NCBI GenBank assembly: GCA_965215195.1
Contig: CBDCDC010000002.1
Span: 3,616,001-3,680,000 of the forward strand
DNA from: Candidatus Latescibacterota bacterium
GTDB lineage: Bacteria; Latescibacterota; UBA2968; UBA8231
Direction: 5' to 3'
DNA: 64,000 nt
Part shown: piece by piece, positions 44,643 to 55,213 of the stretch
How the letters are laid out: each line of letters opens with the position of its first letter
How positions within the stretch are numbered: position 1 is the stretch's first letter
Translations under genes and position numbers: made by a program
Notes under the pieces: model-generated
What the model was told of the DNA's origin: nothing
Databases searched by the model: none
The model's input: only the letters and a program-made list of their open reading frames with translations

Positions 44643-45632
44643 TCACGCCCGCTCGCCGCGTAAGAATTCCTCCAGCGTGGCTACGTCGTCTCGGCTGCCG
44701 ATGAACAGGGGCGTCCGTTGGTGTAGATCGATCGCCTGCAAGTCCATGATGGGCTGGGTTCCGTCGGAAGCGGCACCGCCGGCTTGTTCGACGACAAAGG
44801 CCAAGGGCGCGGCTTCGTACAAGAGCCGCAGCTTGCCGCTGGGCGACGTGATGTCGCCGGGGTAGAGGAAGATGCCGCCCTTGAGCAGGTTGCGGTGGCA
44901 GTCGGCCACCAGCGAGCCAATGTAGCGCGCCGAGTAGGATCGCCAGCCTTCTTTGAGTTGATGGATGTAGCGGCACACCGGCGCGGCCCATTTGAGATAG
45001 TTGCCCTCGTTGACGCTGTAGTACTGGCCGCGCTCCGGGATCTGGATGTGCTCGTGCGAGAGCAGGAATTCGCCGAGACTTGGGTCGAGGGTGAAGCCGT
45101 GGGTGCCGCTGCCAGTGGTATAGACCAGCATGGTGCTGGAGCCGTAGATGATGTAGCCGGCGCAGACTTGCTCACGGCCGCAGCGGAGAAAGTCTGCGAG
45201 GGTAACACCGTCGGTGCTTTTCTTGCGGTAGATGGAGAAGATGGTGCCGATGGAGACGTTCACGTCTATATTGGACGAGCCGTCAACCGGATCGAAGACG
45301 AGGATGTAGTTACCGCGCGGGTGTTTTTCCGGGATGGGGTAAATGTCGTCCATCTCTTCGGAAGCCATGCCGGCCAGCCGCCCGGTGTGGTCGGTGGTGC
45401 GGACGATGAGCGCATTGGCGAACTCGTCGAGTTTTTGCACCTCTTCGCCGTGGACGTTGGTGCGGCCGGTGATGCCCATTACCTCGGCTAGGCCGGCCTT
45501 GTTGACTTCGCGGGCGATGATTTTGGCGGCGATGCTCAGGTCGGTGAGCAAGCCGGTGAATTCGCCGGTGGCCTCGGGGTGCTGCCGCTCTTCTTCAATG
45601 ATGAAGCGAGTGAGGGTAGTGCCGATTTGCAT
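44643..45632 (-). CDS. fbp: Class 1 fructose-1,6-bisphosphatase
   Basis: NVHGEEVQKLD, ASEE, DPVDGSSNID, RYIGSLVADCHR, GKLRLLYE; start trimmed to ATG 45632. Confidence 0.97.
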   Translation of the reverse strand: MQIGTTLTRFIIEEERQHPEATGEFTGLLTDLSIAAKIIAREVNKAGLAEVMGITGRTNVHGEEVQKLDEFANALIVRTTDHTGRLAGMASEEMDDIYPIPEKHPRGNYILVFDPVDGSSNIDVNVSIGTIFSIYRKKSTDGVTLADFLRCGREQVCAGYIIYGSSTMLVYTTGSGTHGFTLDPSLGEFLLSHEHIQIPERGQYYSVNEGNYLKWAAPVCRYIHQLKEGWRSYSARYIGSLVADCHRNLLKGGIFLYPGDITSPSGKLRLLYEAAPLAFVVEQAGGAASDGTQPIMDLQAIDLHQRTPLFIGSRDDVATLEEFLRGERA

Positions 45633-45746
45633 GAGGGACCTTGCATCAATTGATGTTTGACACGGGATGAGATAAAACAATACAATCCCGTCTATCCTGT
45701 CCATGTTAGGAACTGATGGTACGCGCCTTAAGGTTGTTTGGTCTAG

Positions 45747-46571
45747 TCAGTTAGTTACAAAAAACAGCCGCATGGCTGTCCCCCCCAATACCTGCTTCTG
45801 CTCGGCCGCGCTCAGCCCCAATTCCTCGGTGAACACTGCCAAGTGCTGGGCATAAGTCGATTTTTTTAACCAGTGCTCGCACGGGAAATCCGATCCCCAA
45901 ATACAGCGCTCGGGACCAAAGGCGGCGAGCAGGTGGCGCAGTTGCGGGTGCGTATCGGCGAAGGGGTACTCCTGCTGCGAGCTGGTCACCGCAAAAGTGA
46001 GCTTGGCGTAGAGCTGGTCAAAGCGCGCCAAATCCACTGCTTGGCGCACGGCCGCGTCCTCGATCCCGTTGGCCGCCACCGGATAGGCGCAGTGGTCCAG
46101 CACCACCGGGACGTGGGGGAATCGCTCTAACAAGGTCGCCAACTCGCCGAGTTGTTCCTGGCGCAAATGGGCGCAGATTACCGCGCCGACTTCGCCGGCC
46201 CGACGCCAGAGCCGCTCCGCTCCGGGCTGGTCGTACCCCGCAGGTGCGGATTCGACGCGGACCCCCTTGACGTTGTATCCGGTCACCAGCCGCTCCAGCT
46301 CGGCCGGGCTATCGTCTCCTGCTGGATCCAACGTGCAGACTCCGACCGTCCAGTCGGCATTGGCCCGGGCTGTATCGGCCAACAACCGATTGTCCCAGCG
46401 ATAGGCCGACCCGGTCTGGATCAGCACCACGCGCCCGACGCCATTGGCCTCGGCTTCGCGCCGCAAGTGTTCGATGGTCCCCACGCCTCGCTGCGGGCGA
46501 AAGGGGTCCTCTTGCATGGGGTATTGCGTCTCATCTGCGTGGTAAATATGTGCGTGCGTATCGACGATCAT
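45747..46571 (-). CDS. Amidohydrolase family protein
   Basis: IVDTHAH, VVLDHC, FGPERCIWGSDFP. Confidence 0.9.
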   Translation of the reverse strand: MIVDTHAHIYHADETQYPMQEDPFRPQRGVGTIEHLRREAEANGVGRVVLIQTGSAYRWDNRLLADTARANADWTVGVCTLDPAGDDSPAELERLVTGYNVKGVRVESAPAGYDQPGAERLWRRAGEVGAVICAHLRQEQLGELATLLERFPHVPVVLDHCAYPVAANGIEDAAVRQAVDLARFDQLYAKLTFAVTSSQQEYPFADTHPQLRHLLAAFGPERCIWGSDFPCEHWLKKSTYAQHLAVFTEELGLSAAEQKQVLGGTAMRLFFVTN

Positions 46572-46668
46572 GGCCAGCTCCTTTCCATTGTCCTATGCAG
46601 CGGTGGAACATAAAGAAGAAATGGACAGTTCAAAACTTGCCCGAATCCATTCACTAGGTACACTTATG

Positions 46669-46733
46669 GTTAGTGGTCAGTAGCCAGTTCTACCCCCGCC
46701 CCATAAGTGCGGTGCGGGAAACTGACCACTAAC
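46669..46733. repeat. Inverted heptamer-repeat palindrome
   Basis: GTTAGTGGTCAGT...ACTGACCACTAAC 13-bp inverted repeat built from 7-nt units; related units near 34354-34410. Confidence 0.55.
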
Positions 46734-46765
46734 TACTGATCACTTGCCACTATCCTACATAATCC

Positions 46766-47677
46766 ATGCGTCTATACCTCAAGCGGGCCTTGATCGCCTT
46801 GCTGCTTTTGGCACCGGTGTTGTACGGTGCCTTCGCCCTGACATCGCATCCTTTAGCGCCGCATCCCTACTTTGCCTCAGGAGATGTCTTGGTCATCGCC
46901 CACCGGGGCGGCAAGGGGCTGGCACCGGAAAACACGCTGGCGGCCTTTGCCCGCTCGGCCGCATTGGGGGTTGATGTGCTAGAAATGGACTTGCGCCAAA
47001 GCAGCGACGGCGCACTCGTCGTCCTGCACGACCGGCGCGTGGACCGCACGACCAACGGCCAAGGCCCGGTCGATAGCTTGCGCCTAGCCCAATTGAAACA
47101 GCTAGACGCCGGCTACCACTTCAGCTTAGACGGCCAAACCTTTCCCTATCGCGGCCAAGGGATTGCAATCCCCACCCTAGACGAGGTATTTACGGCCTTT
47201 CCCAACATGCGCTTTCTCATCGAAATCAAAGACGACTCCCCGGTGCTAGTACGCGACTTCTGCCGCGCGATCCAGCGCTTCGAGCTAAGCGAGCGCGTCA
47301 TCGCCGCCTCGTTCCGCAGCGGTCCCTTAGCCAGCTTGCGCCAAGCGTGCCCGGCCGTGGCGACTTCGGCTTCTTCATCCACAGGACTGTCCTTTGTCTT
47401 TCTCCACTGGCTGCGGCTCGACGCGGCTTACCACCCCACTAGCCAAGCCTTTCAGTTCCCGACCCGCTTCGGCGCGATCGACCTGATAGACCGGCGCTTC
47501 GTCGCCCGCGCCCACGCCCACAACATCCAAGTTCACGTCTGGACCATCAACGATCCCGACGCCATGCAGCACTACCTAGATCTAGGCGTCGATGGCCTAA
47601 TTACCGACTATCCCGACCGCCTGCTACGCATCCTGAACCGCCAACCCGCAGAGGAGGCACCATGGGCGACCCAGTAG
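46766..47677 (+). CDS. Glycerophosphodiester phosphodiesterase
   Basis: IAHRGG, PENT, LEMD, HD, IEIK, HVWTIND, GLITDYPD. Confidence 0.95.
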   Translation: MRLYLKRALIALLLLAPVLYGAFALTSHPLAPHPYFASGDVLVIAHRGGKGLAPENTLAAFARSAALGVDVLEMDLRQSSDGALVVLHDRRVDRTTNGQGPVDSLRLAQLKQLDAGYHFSLDGQTFPYRGQGIAIPTLDEVFTAFPNMRFLIEIKDDSPVLVRDFCRAIQRFELSERVIAASFRSGPLASLRQACPAVATSASSSTGLSFVFLHWLRLDAAYHPTSQAFQFPTRFGAIDLIDRRFVARAHAHNIQVHVWTINDPDAMQHYLDLGVDGLITDYPDRLLRILNRQPAEEAPWATQ

Positions 47678-48351
47678 CCCTGAACGTACAGCACCTTACC
47701 AAAACCTACGTCAGCGGGGCAAACGCCCTGACGGTCCTCGACGATGTGAGCTTTGCCCTAGCGGCCGGTGCCACTTGCGCGGTCGTCGGCCCTTCGGGCA
47801 GCGGCAAAACTACGCTGCTCGGATTGTGCGCCGGACTGGATCGCGCCAGCTCGGGCTCAGTCGCGCTCAACGGCGTGGATTTGGGCGATCTCGACGAAGA
47901 TCAGCGCGCCCACCTCCGCAGCGAAAAGGTCGGCTTCGTCTTCCAAAACTTCCAGCTCATCCCCACTCTCAGCGCCCTCGAAAACGCCATGGTGCCGCTC
48001 GAATTGCGCCGCGAGCCCAACGCTCGCGAGCGCGCCGCCGACCTCCTCGACCGGGTCGGCTTGGGCGACCGGCTGCACCACTACCCAGCGCAGCTTTCCG
48101 GGGGCGAGCAGCAGCGCGTGGCCCTTGCGCGGGCCTTTACCAACCGCCCCGCCCTCCTCTTTGCCGATGAGCCTACCGGCAACCTCGACGACGGCACCAG
48201 CGGCAAAGTGCGGGACCTGCTCTTCAGCCTCAACGAAGAATCCGGTGCCACCCTAATTTTGGTCACCCACGATCTAGCGCTGGCCCGCCTCACCCAGCGC
48301 ATCATCCGCCTCCAAGGCGGCCGGGTGGCCGACGATCAGCTAATCCCATGA
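47662..48351 (+). CDS. ybbA: ABC transporter ATP-binding protein (YbbA-like)
   Basis: GPSGSGKT, LSGGEQQR, FADEPTGNLD. Confidence 0.93.
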   Translation: MGDPVALNVQHLTKTYVSGANALTVLDDVSFALAAGATCAVVGPSGSGKTTLLGLCAGLDRASSGSVALNGVDLGDLDEDQRAHLRSEKVGFVFQNFQLIPTLSALENAMVPLELRREPNARERAADLLDRVGLGDRLHHYPAQLSGGEQQRVALARAFTNRPALLFADEPTGNLDDGTSGKVRDLLFSLNEESGATLILVTHDLALARLTQRIIRLQGGRVADDQLIP

Positions 48352-50873
48352 TGGTCTGGCTCGGCAAAATGGCGTGGCGCGACAGCCGCAGCCACCGCCG
48401 CAAACTGCTGCTTTTTACCTCTTCGATCTCCATCGGCATTGGTGCGCTCGTCGGCTTGGGCAGCCTCAGCGCCACGTTGCAAGGGGCCATGGACCAACAA
48501 GCGGCCGCGCTCTTAGGGGCCGATATGGCCCTGACGAGCCGCCAGCCCTTCACGCCAGCCTCCGAGGCGCTCATCGACTCGCTCGGCGGAGTTCAGGCGC
48601 GCCAAGTCGCCTTCAATTCCATGATTTACCTGCCCAAGAGCCAGAGCACCCGCCTCGCCCAGATCCGCGCCCTCTCTGGCCCTTTTCCCTTTTACGGCGA
48701 GCTAAAAACAGAGCCTGCCACGGCCGCGCACAGCTTCCGCACCCAGCCCCAAGCCCTCGTTGACGAGGCCCTCATGCTCCAGTTTGGCGCGGCGGTCGGC
48801 GACTCAATTGAGATCGGCGACGCGGTCTTCCGCATTGGTGGGCGGCTCCTGCGCATTCCCGGCGAGAACGCCCTCTTTAGCGACATCCAGCCGCGCGTCT
48901 ATATCTCCATGTCGTACCTCGACCGCACCCACCTGATCCAACGAGGTAGCCGCGTCACCTACACCGCCTTCTTCCGCTTTGCCGAGCGGGACGTCCAAGC
49001 CCTAGCCAAATCCATCCGGCCGCGCATGCGCGCCGACCGCCTCCGGCTCGAAACCATCGCCAGCCGCAAGGCCCGCCTCGGCCGCACCCTCAACAATCTC
49101 TACCGCTTCTTAAACCTCGGCAGCTTTATCGCCCTGCTGCTCGGCGGCTTGGGCGTGGCCAGCGCCATCCACACCTATACGAAGCAGAAACTGTCCACCG
49201 TTGCCGTGCTGCGCAGCCTCGGTGCCACAGCCCGTCAGACCGTCTCGATCTATCTAATCCAAGCCGGGGGCATGGGTTTGGTCGGCTCGCTCGCCGGTGC
49301 CCTGCTCGGGGTTGGGGTCCTCTACCTGCTCCCCGATGTCCTCGCCGACGTGCTGCCCCTCCAAGTTGAGCCGCGCTTTGATCTTCCCGCTGTCTTGGAG
49401 GGGCTCGGGCTCGGCGTCGGCCTTTCGCTGCTGTTTGCCGCCCGGCCCCTGCTGGCCATTCGCAAGACCTCGCCGCTTTTGACCCTGCGGGCCTCCTTTG
49501 AAGAGGCCCAACCAGCCGACAGCGGCCTGCTGCGCTGGGCTTTGTACGTGGGGATCCTCCTGACGACCGCGCTCTTTGCCTACCGGCTCACCGGCGACTG
49601 GCCGCTATCCCTCGGCTTTGTCGGCGGGGTTGGCGCCGCCTTTGCCCTCTTGATCCTTACGGCCCGCGCAATCACCTATGGCACTCGGCGCTTCTTTCCC
49701 GCCTCTTGGAGCTATATCTGGCGTCAGGGGCTGGCCAACCTCTACCGACCCAACAACCAGACCACGCTGCTGATGTTGGGCCTCGGCTTGGGGACTTTTC
49801 TGCTCAGCACCCTGTTTCTGACCCAAACCAACCTGCTGTCCCACATCAAAAGCGTCGGCTCGGACCAAAATCCCAACGTCGTGCTCTTCGACATCCAAAC
49901 CGACCAGCGCCAAGAGCTAAACGAACTCGTCGCCGGGATGGACCTGCCGCTGTTGCAACAGATGCCCATCGTCACCATGCACATCCACAGCGTCAAAGGC
50001 CAACTCGCCCGCGCCATGCGCCGCGATACCACCGCTGGCAACCGGCGCGGCAATTGGGCCTTGCGGCACGAGTACCGCGCGACGTACCGCGATTTCCTCA
50101 CCGAGACCGAAGAGATCGCCGCCGGCACTTGGCGCAGCCAGCCCGCGGGCGATACCCTCTACGTCTCCTTGGAAACAGGCGTCGCCTCTTCCTTGGGCGT
50201 GGGCGTGGGCGACTCCCTGACCTTTGACGTCCAAGGGGTCCCCATCGAAGTGGTCGTCGGCAGTTTGCGCCGCGTCAACTGGCAGCGGATCATGCCCAAT
50301 TTTCTCGTGGTCTTCCCTCCCGGCATTCTCGAACCCGCACCGCAATCCCACGTCCTCGTCACCCGCGCCGCCACTGCGGAGCAAATGGCCGCCTTACAGC
50401 GGGCCACCGTGCGCCGGTTCCCCAATGTCTCGGTCATCGATCTCGGCAGCATCCTCAGCACGGTCGATACCATCCTCGACAAGGTCTCATTGGTGGTCCG
50501 CTTTATGGCCCTTTTCAGCGTCTCGGTTGGCCTGATCGTGCTCGTCGGCGTGATTGCCAGCAGCCGCTACCAACGCATTGAGGAAAGCGTCTTGCTCAAG
50601 ACCTTGGGGGCCAGTCGCCGCCAAGTGGCCGCGATCATGGCGCTCGAATACCTGTTTTTGGGAGCTTTTGCGGCCGCGACCGGGGTGATTTTGTCGCTAG
50701 GGGGCGTCTGGGCCTTGAGCCGCTATCTGTTCGCGATCGGCTTCGCGCCCAACTACCTGCCCGTGCTCTTCGCCTTTGCGGCGGTCTGTCTGCTGACAGT
50801 TGCCGTCGGCATGCTCTCCAGCCGCGGCGTCCACACCAAACCACCGCTCGAAGTCCTGCGCTCGCTCGGCTAG
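48348..50873 (+). CDS. ybbP: ABC transporter permease (YbbP/FtsX-like)
   Basis: AWRDSR, LLGAD, FPFYG, two FtsX-type membrane halves, LFDIQ. Confidence 0.9.
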   Translation: MMVWLGKMAWRDSRSHRRKLLLFTSSISIGIGALVGLGSLSATLQGAMDQQAAALLGADMALTSRQPFTPASEALIDSLGGVQARQVAFNSMIYLPKSQSTRLAQIRALSGPFPFYGELKTEPATAAHSFRTQPQALVDEALMLQFGAAVGDSIEIGDAVFRIGGRLLRIPGENALFSDIQPRVYISMSYLDRTHLIQRGSRVTYTAFFRFAERDVQALAKSIRPRMRADRLRLETIASRKARLGRTLNNLYRFLNLGSFIALLLGGLGVASAIHTYTKQKLSTVAVLRSLGATARQTVSIYLIQAGGMGLVGSLAGALLGVGVLYLLPDVLADVLPLQVEPRFDLPAVLEGLGLGVGLSLLFAARPLLAIRKTSPLLTLRASFEEAQPADSGLLRWALYVGILLTTALFAYRLTGDWPLSLGFVGGVGAAFALLILTARAITYGTRRFFPASWSYIWRQGLANLYRPNNQTTLLMLGLGLGTFLLSTLFLTQTNLLSHIKSVGSDQNPNVVLFDIQTDQRQELNELVAGMDLPLLQQMPIVTMHIHSVKGQLARAMRRDTTAGNRRGNWALRHEYRATYRDFLTETEEIAAGTWRSQPAGDTLYVSLETGVASSLGVGVGDSLTFDVQGVPIEVVVGSLRRVNWQRIMPNFLVVFPPGILEPAPQSHVLVTRAATAEQMAALQRATVRRFPNVSVIDLGSILSTVDTILDKVSLVVRFMALFSVSVGLIVLVGVIASSRYQRIEESVLLKTLGASRRQVAAIMALEYLFLGAFAAATGVILSLGGVWALSRYLFAIGFAPNYLPVLFAFAAVCLLTVAVGMLSSRGVHTKPPLEVLRSLG

Positions 50874-51532
50874 CGGCGCAGCTTCTCCAGCACCGGCCCT
50901 AGCGTCGTCCACACGGTTTCGGCGACGATCCGGTGGCCTGCGGCGTTGGGATGATTGCCGTCGGGCAGGTTCAGGGCCGGTTGGTCGCCCACGCCTTCTA
51001 GGAGGAAGGGGATCAAGGCCGCGTCGTTTTTGGCCGCCAACGCCGGGAAGACGGCGGCAAACGCCCCTGCGTACTCCGCGCCCAAATTGGGCGGCATCTG
51101 CATCCCGGCGATGACCAAGGCTACTGCGGGATTTTTCGCTTTTACCCGCTCGACGATTTGTTGCAAGTTGGCGTGGGTGTCTTTGGGATCTATTCCGCGC
51201 AGGCCGTCGTTGGCCCCCAATTCGAGCACGAACACGTCGACGGGGCGGCGCAAGAGCCAGTCAATGCGGCGCAACCCCCCGGCCGAGGTTTCGCCGCCAA
51301 GCCCGGCATTAAATACTTCAAAGTTCCAGCCGAGCGAATCGATCCGCGCCTGCACCAAGGCCGGAAAGGCCTGTTCGCGGTCGAGGCCATAGCCAGCGGT
51401 CAGGCTATCGCCAAAAAAGAGAATGACGCGGCTGGAGTCCGCCTCTTCGGCAGAGACGCTGCCGCCGAGTAACGCTAGGGCCAACGCAATGTATTTCACC
51501 TTGTGCGTGATTTTGAAAAATACGAGTGCCAA
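50870..51532 (-). CDS. tesA: Arylesterase / acyl-CoA thioesterase I (SGNH)
   Basis: FGDSLTAGYG, ELGANDGLRG, DGNHPN; signal peptide. Confidence 0.93.
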   Translation of the reverse strand: MALVFFKITHKVKYIALALALLGGSVSAEEADSSRVILFFGDSLTAGYGLDREQAFPALVQARIDSLGWNFEVFNAGLGGETSAGGLRRIDWLLRRPVDVFVLELGANDGLRGIDPKDTHANLQQIVERVKAKNPAVALVIAGMQMPPNLGAEYAGAFAAVFPALAAKNDAALIPFLLEGVGDQPALNLPDGNHPNAAGHRIVAETVWTTLGPVLEKLRR

Positions 51533-51604
51533 AATAGAGTACGCCTTCCTTCCTGTCGTGGTCTGAGTTTACTCCTATATTAAGCGCCGACCCCCGGAGC
51601 ATGC

Positions 51605-52534
51605 ATGCAAACCACCATCTTAGGCCGCACCAACCTAACCGTCTCGCGCATGGGCTTGGGCGCGGGCGGCCACAGCCGACTTGGACGCCACGCCGGCCTA
51701 ACCGACGCCCAATCCGCCGACCTCGTCCGCCGCGCCTTAGACTGCGGCGTCAACTTTGTCGATACGGCCGAAGGCTATGGCACTGAATCCATCGTCGGCC
51801 GAGCCCTACAGGGCCGCGACCGCACCGCCGTCGTCCTCTCGACCAAAAAATCCACCCGCCACCAGCACGTCACTCCCAACGCCTTGCGAGCAAGTCTCGA
51901 CCAGAGCCTAAAGCACCTGCACACCGACTACATCGACCTCTACAACCTCCACGGCATCGTGCCCCAAGACTACGCCTATCTCGTCAACGACATCTATCCC
52001 GCGCTGCAAAGGGCGCAAGAGCAGGGCAAAATACGCTTTGTCGGCCTCAGCGAGATGTTCAACGAAGACCTCGAACACACCATGCTCCAGCAGGCCCTTG
52101 CCGACGACCTGTGGGATGTCCTGATGGTCGGCTTCAATCTGCTCAACCAGACCGCCCGCGCCAACGTCTTCGCGCCGGCCATCGCGCAAAACGTCGGCAT
52201 CCTGATCATGTTCGCCGTTAGAAAGGCGCTTGGCCACCCCGACAGCCTACGTGCATTCACGGCCGCGCTCGTCGAAAAGGGGCAACTCGACCCGGCTGAC
52301 CTCAACGCCTTCCCCGATTTCCTGTTGGCAGAAGCCCCATCCCTACCCGACGCGGCCTACCGCTTCTGCCGCGACGAGCCCGGCGTCCACGTGGTCCTCT
52401 CCGGCACGGGCAACGCCGACCACCTCGCCGCCAATCTCGCGTCTTTCGCCCGGCCGCCGCTGACGCAAGAGACGCGCAACCGCCTCATCCACATTTTCCG
52501 CCGCGTCAATTCTACCACCGGGCAAGCCGTGTAG
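51605..52534 (+). CDS. Aldo/keto reductase
   Basis: LGRTNLTVS, NFVDTAEGYG, SLKHLHTDYIDLYNLH, GKIRFVGLS. Confidence 0.93.
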   Translation: MQTTILGRTNLTVSRMGLGAGGHSRLGRHAGLTDAQSADLVRRALDCGVNFVDTAEGYGTESIVGRALQGRDRTAVVLSTKKSTRHQHVTPNALRASLDQSLKHLHTDYIDLYNLHGIVPQDYAYLVNDIYPALQRAQEQGKIRFVGLSEMFNEDLEHTMLQQALADDLWDVLMVGFNLLNQTARANVFAPAIAQNVGILIMFAVRKALGHPDSLRAFTAALVEKGQLDPADLNAFPDFLLAEAPSLPDAAYRFCRDEPGVHVVLSGTGNADHLAANLASFARPPLTQETRNRLIHIFRRVNSTTGQAV

Positions 52535-52567
52535 GGAGCTAGCTTCGACCATAACGCGACGAATTCA

Positions 52568-52972
52568 TCAGGCACACCAGAGCTGAAGCGGCGTCCACTT
52601 TGTCATCTGGCTGAAATCGCGGTCGGTCGCCAACATAACCAATTGGTGGCGAATGCAGAGCTGGGCGAGTAGCGCGTCGATGGTGCCAATCTGAATGCCG
52701 CGGCGGCGACACTCGTTGCGCAACTCGGCTGCGTCAATATAGTCGTCGCGCACGGGCGCAATCATGGCGAGTGCCCCGAACCGTGCGACGATCCGCGTTT
52801 TGGCTCTCGGCCCTCGAAAGCCCTGCAACAACTCCTGCAAGACGATTCCGGTCGCGTAAATTGATTCGCCACCACCGAGCGCCTCCCGCAGGCGCTGGAC
52901 CTCGGGTCCTTCGGGTGCTGTATCCCGTCGCAAGGCCAGCGACCAGACGCTCGTATCTACAAACAACGTCAC
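52568..52972 (-). CDS. vapC: VapC PIN toxin
   Basis: VDTSVW, QELLQG, IDALLA, TDRDF; overlaps vapB. Confidence 0.92.
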   Translation of the reverse strand: MTLFVDTSVWSLALRRDTAPEGPEVQRLREALGGGESIYATGIVLQELLQGFRGPRAKTRIVARFGALAMIAPVRDDYIDAAELRNECRRRGIQIGTIDALLAQLCIRHQLVMLATDRDFSQMTKWTPLQLWCA

Positions 52973-53169
52973 TCGCGGCTCCGTTCGCGTTTGTAGTCAA
53001 AGCTGTCGTCCCAGTCGAATTTACCAAAAAGCTCTAAGAGCCGTTCCTGCTCTCGGCGCGCAATGAACTCCTGCAAGGCGCGGTTGACGGTCGCCTTCTT
53101 CGTCTTCTCGCCGCCGACTTTTAGTGCCTTGTCGAGCAGCTCTGGGTCTATCGCCAAGTTTGTCGCCAT
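52969..53169 (-). CDS. vapB: VapB antitoxin
   Basis: MATNLAIDPELL...TKKATVNRALQEFI ribbon-helix-helix type. Confidence 0.92.
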   Translation of the reverse strand: MATNLAIDPELLDKALKVGGEKTKKATVNRALQEFIARREQERLLELFGKFDWDDSFDYKRERSRE

Positions 53170-53277
53170 TGTGTTACCTCCAACACATATAGTTACACAT
53201 AAACTAGTCGCAAACAGAGGACGCGGGCAAGTTCCTCATCATCGGTGCTGGCGACAACAAGCTCTGACGCGCCAAGA

Positions 53278-53667
53278 TCAAGGGTTCGTTTCGGGGCTAA
53301 AAGACGGGCCAGCTAACTCGTCCAGCGCCACATTGAGTACGCCCGCGAGTCGGCGGAACAGATCGAGCGTCCCAGGCTTCTGTCCGTTCTCAATTTGCGA
53401 CAGATACCCTTTTGAGACCCCTACTCGCTCGGCCAGCGCATCCAATGTGAGTTCGCGGTGCTTCCGCCACACGCGCAAGGGCGATTCGCCCGCGAGAATG
53501 GCCTTTACGACTTCGCCCGGAATCGTCTCGCTGGCCGCGTCTTCGGCCCATGCCCGTTCGGCCGCGTCCTCAAGTGCGGCGACCATGCGGCGGTACGCCT
53601 CAAATGGGACGACGGCGTATTCTGGCTCGCCGTCCTTCTCAATAATCTGCACATCCCGTTCGTTCAT
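53278..53667 (-). CDS. XRE-family HTH antitoxin-like regulator
   Basis: VQIIEKDGEPEYAVVP N-terminus; LRVWRKHRELTLDALAERVGVSKGYLSQIENG HTH. Confidence 0.85.
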   Translation of the reverse strand: MNERDVQIIEKDGEPEYAVVPFEAYRRMVAALEDAAERAWAEDAASETIPGEVVKAILAGESPLRVWRKHRELTLDALAERVGVSKGYLSQIENGQKPGTLDLFRRLAGVLNVALDELAGPSFSPETNP

Positions 53668-53896
53668 CGGTACGCTCGTCCTCTCTGGTCAATTTTCGCC
53701 ACCTCGTGGATGCTGCGTCGTCTGTGAGTATCCATGACCATCCATGCCCGTCTCGCTCGAATCAAAGAGGTCGTCGGGGCCTTGGGCATTGACGACTAAA
53801 TGCAGCAGTTGAAGAGCAGGAATACGTCGCGTCCCCGAGCGCATTGGTCCCCAGAGTTGGAAGGATAGCCCCCCAATCAAGCAGGGGCAAGCGCGA

Positions 53897-53925
53897 TTGA
53901 CGGCTTCCGGTCGCCGCGCTATCCT
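53897..53925 (+). promoter_or_regulatory. Candidate sigma70 promoter
   Basis: TTGACG-17 bp-TATCCT upstream of the MNT gene. Confidence 0.5.
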
Positions 53926-53955
53926 CTAAAAAACGTAGGACTTGAGAGGTTTCCG

Positions 53956-54282
53956 ATGAATAAAATTGGAGAGCAAGAGATACGGCGCGTCGCCGAGCGC
54001 ATTGGTCGCCAAGCAGACGCCGAGCAGGTCATCCTATTCGGCTCCTATGCCCGAGGCGAGGCTACCGAGCACAGTGACGTCGATTTACTCGTGATCGCCC
54101 CAAGCGACCTACCTCGCTTCAAGCGCAGCCGCGCCCTATATAAATCGCTACGCCCGTATCCATTCGGCATGGACTTGCTGGTATATACCCCGGACGAGGT
54201 AGAAAAAGGCCAACAGTCGCCCCTTTCTTTTATTTCTACTGCGCTACGCGAGGGCAAAACCGTCTACGTCCGCCGAGACTGA
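53956..54282 (+). CDS. Minimal nucleotidyltransferase (MntA-like antitoxin)
   Basis: ILFGSYARG...SDVDLLVI...DLLVYTPDE. Confidence 0.9.
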   Translation: MNKIGEQEIRRVAERIGRQADAEQVILFGSYARGEATEHSDVDLLVIAPSDLPRFKRSRALYKSLRPYPFGMDLLVYTPDEVEKGQQSPLSFISTALREGKTVYVRRD

Positions 54283-54353
54283 ACTATCCCGCCAGTGGCT
54301 GATGCCCCAAGCTACGCTCTCAAGCATTGTCAGTGTCGTCCAACGAAATTCCC

Positions 54354-55211
54354 CTACCCCTTAAGCGCCCCAACGGTAATCCCCTTCGTCAGGTATTGCT
54401 GCAAGAAAGCGTACACCAGCATCGTCGGGGCCATGATCAGCACCAACCCGGCAAAGGCCATGCCCCAATCGCTGCGATACTGGCTGACGATGGTGATGTT
54501 GGCCAGCCCCAACGGCAGGGTGCGCAACGCCTGCGACCCCTCCCCGGACAGGAACATAAAGGCCATGAAAAACTCGTTCCAAGTTCCCAAAAAGGCGAAG
54601 ATGCCCACCGTAATAAGCCCGGGCCGCGCCAACGGCAGCATAATCGACCAAAACGCCCGAAACTCCCCGGCCCCATCGATCAGCGCCGACTCGTGCAGCC
54701 CAGAAGGCAAAGACTTGAAAAACCCCGTGAGGATAAAGATGGCAAACGGCATCCCAAAGGCCACATAGACCATCAGGATGCCCAGCCGCGAGTTGAGCAG
54801 TCCAAAGTCCTTCATCTGAAAAAAGAGCGGCACAATAGACAGTTGCAACGGAATCATCAGCCCGGCCAAGAAGTAGAAAAACATCGGCCGCACCCCAAAG
54901 AAGCTAAAGCGCGCCAGCGCGTAGGCCGCCATGGCCGCCAGCAGCATGGAGACCGCCACGGTCGAGATGGTCAAAAAGACGCTGTTGAAGAAGTAGTCGC
55001 CAAAGTGCCCCTTAGTCCAAGCGTTGGCAAAGTTGATCCACTGCAAGGCATCGAACTCGGGCAGGCTGAAGGGGTTGAGGAAAATTTCGCGGTCCGTCTT
55101 CAGGGAAGTGTACAACAGCCACAGCATCGGATAGACCACAACCGTCAGATAGCCGCATAGCACCAGATAGACGAAGGGTTTGGCGAGAGAAAATTTGCCC
55201 TGCTCGGCCAC
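54354..55211 (-). CDS. Carbohydrate ABC transporter permease
   Basis: ESALIDGA EAA motif, TWNEF, TLPLGL; start trimmed to GTG 55211. Confidence 0.92.
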   Translation of the reverse strand: MAEQGKFSLAKPFVYLVLCGYLTVVVYPMLWLLYTSLKTDREIFLNPFSLPEFDALQWINFANAWTKGHFGDYFFNSVFLTISTVAVSMLLAAMAAYALARFSFFGVRPMFFYFLAGLMIPLQLSIVPLFFQMKDFGLLNSRLGILMVYVAFGMPFAIFILTGFFKSLPSGLHESALIDGAGEFRAFWSIMLPLARPGLITVGIFAFLGTWNEFFMAFMFLSGEGSQALRTLPLGLANITIVSQYRSDWGMAFAGLVLIMAPTMLVYAFLQQYLTKGITVGALKG

Positions 55212-55213
55212 GT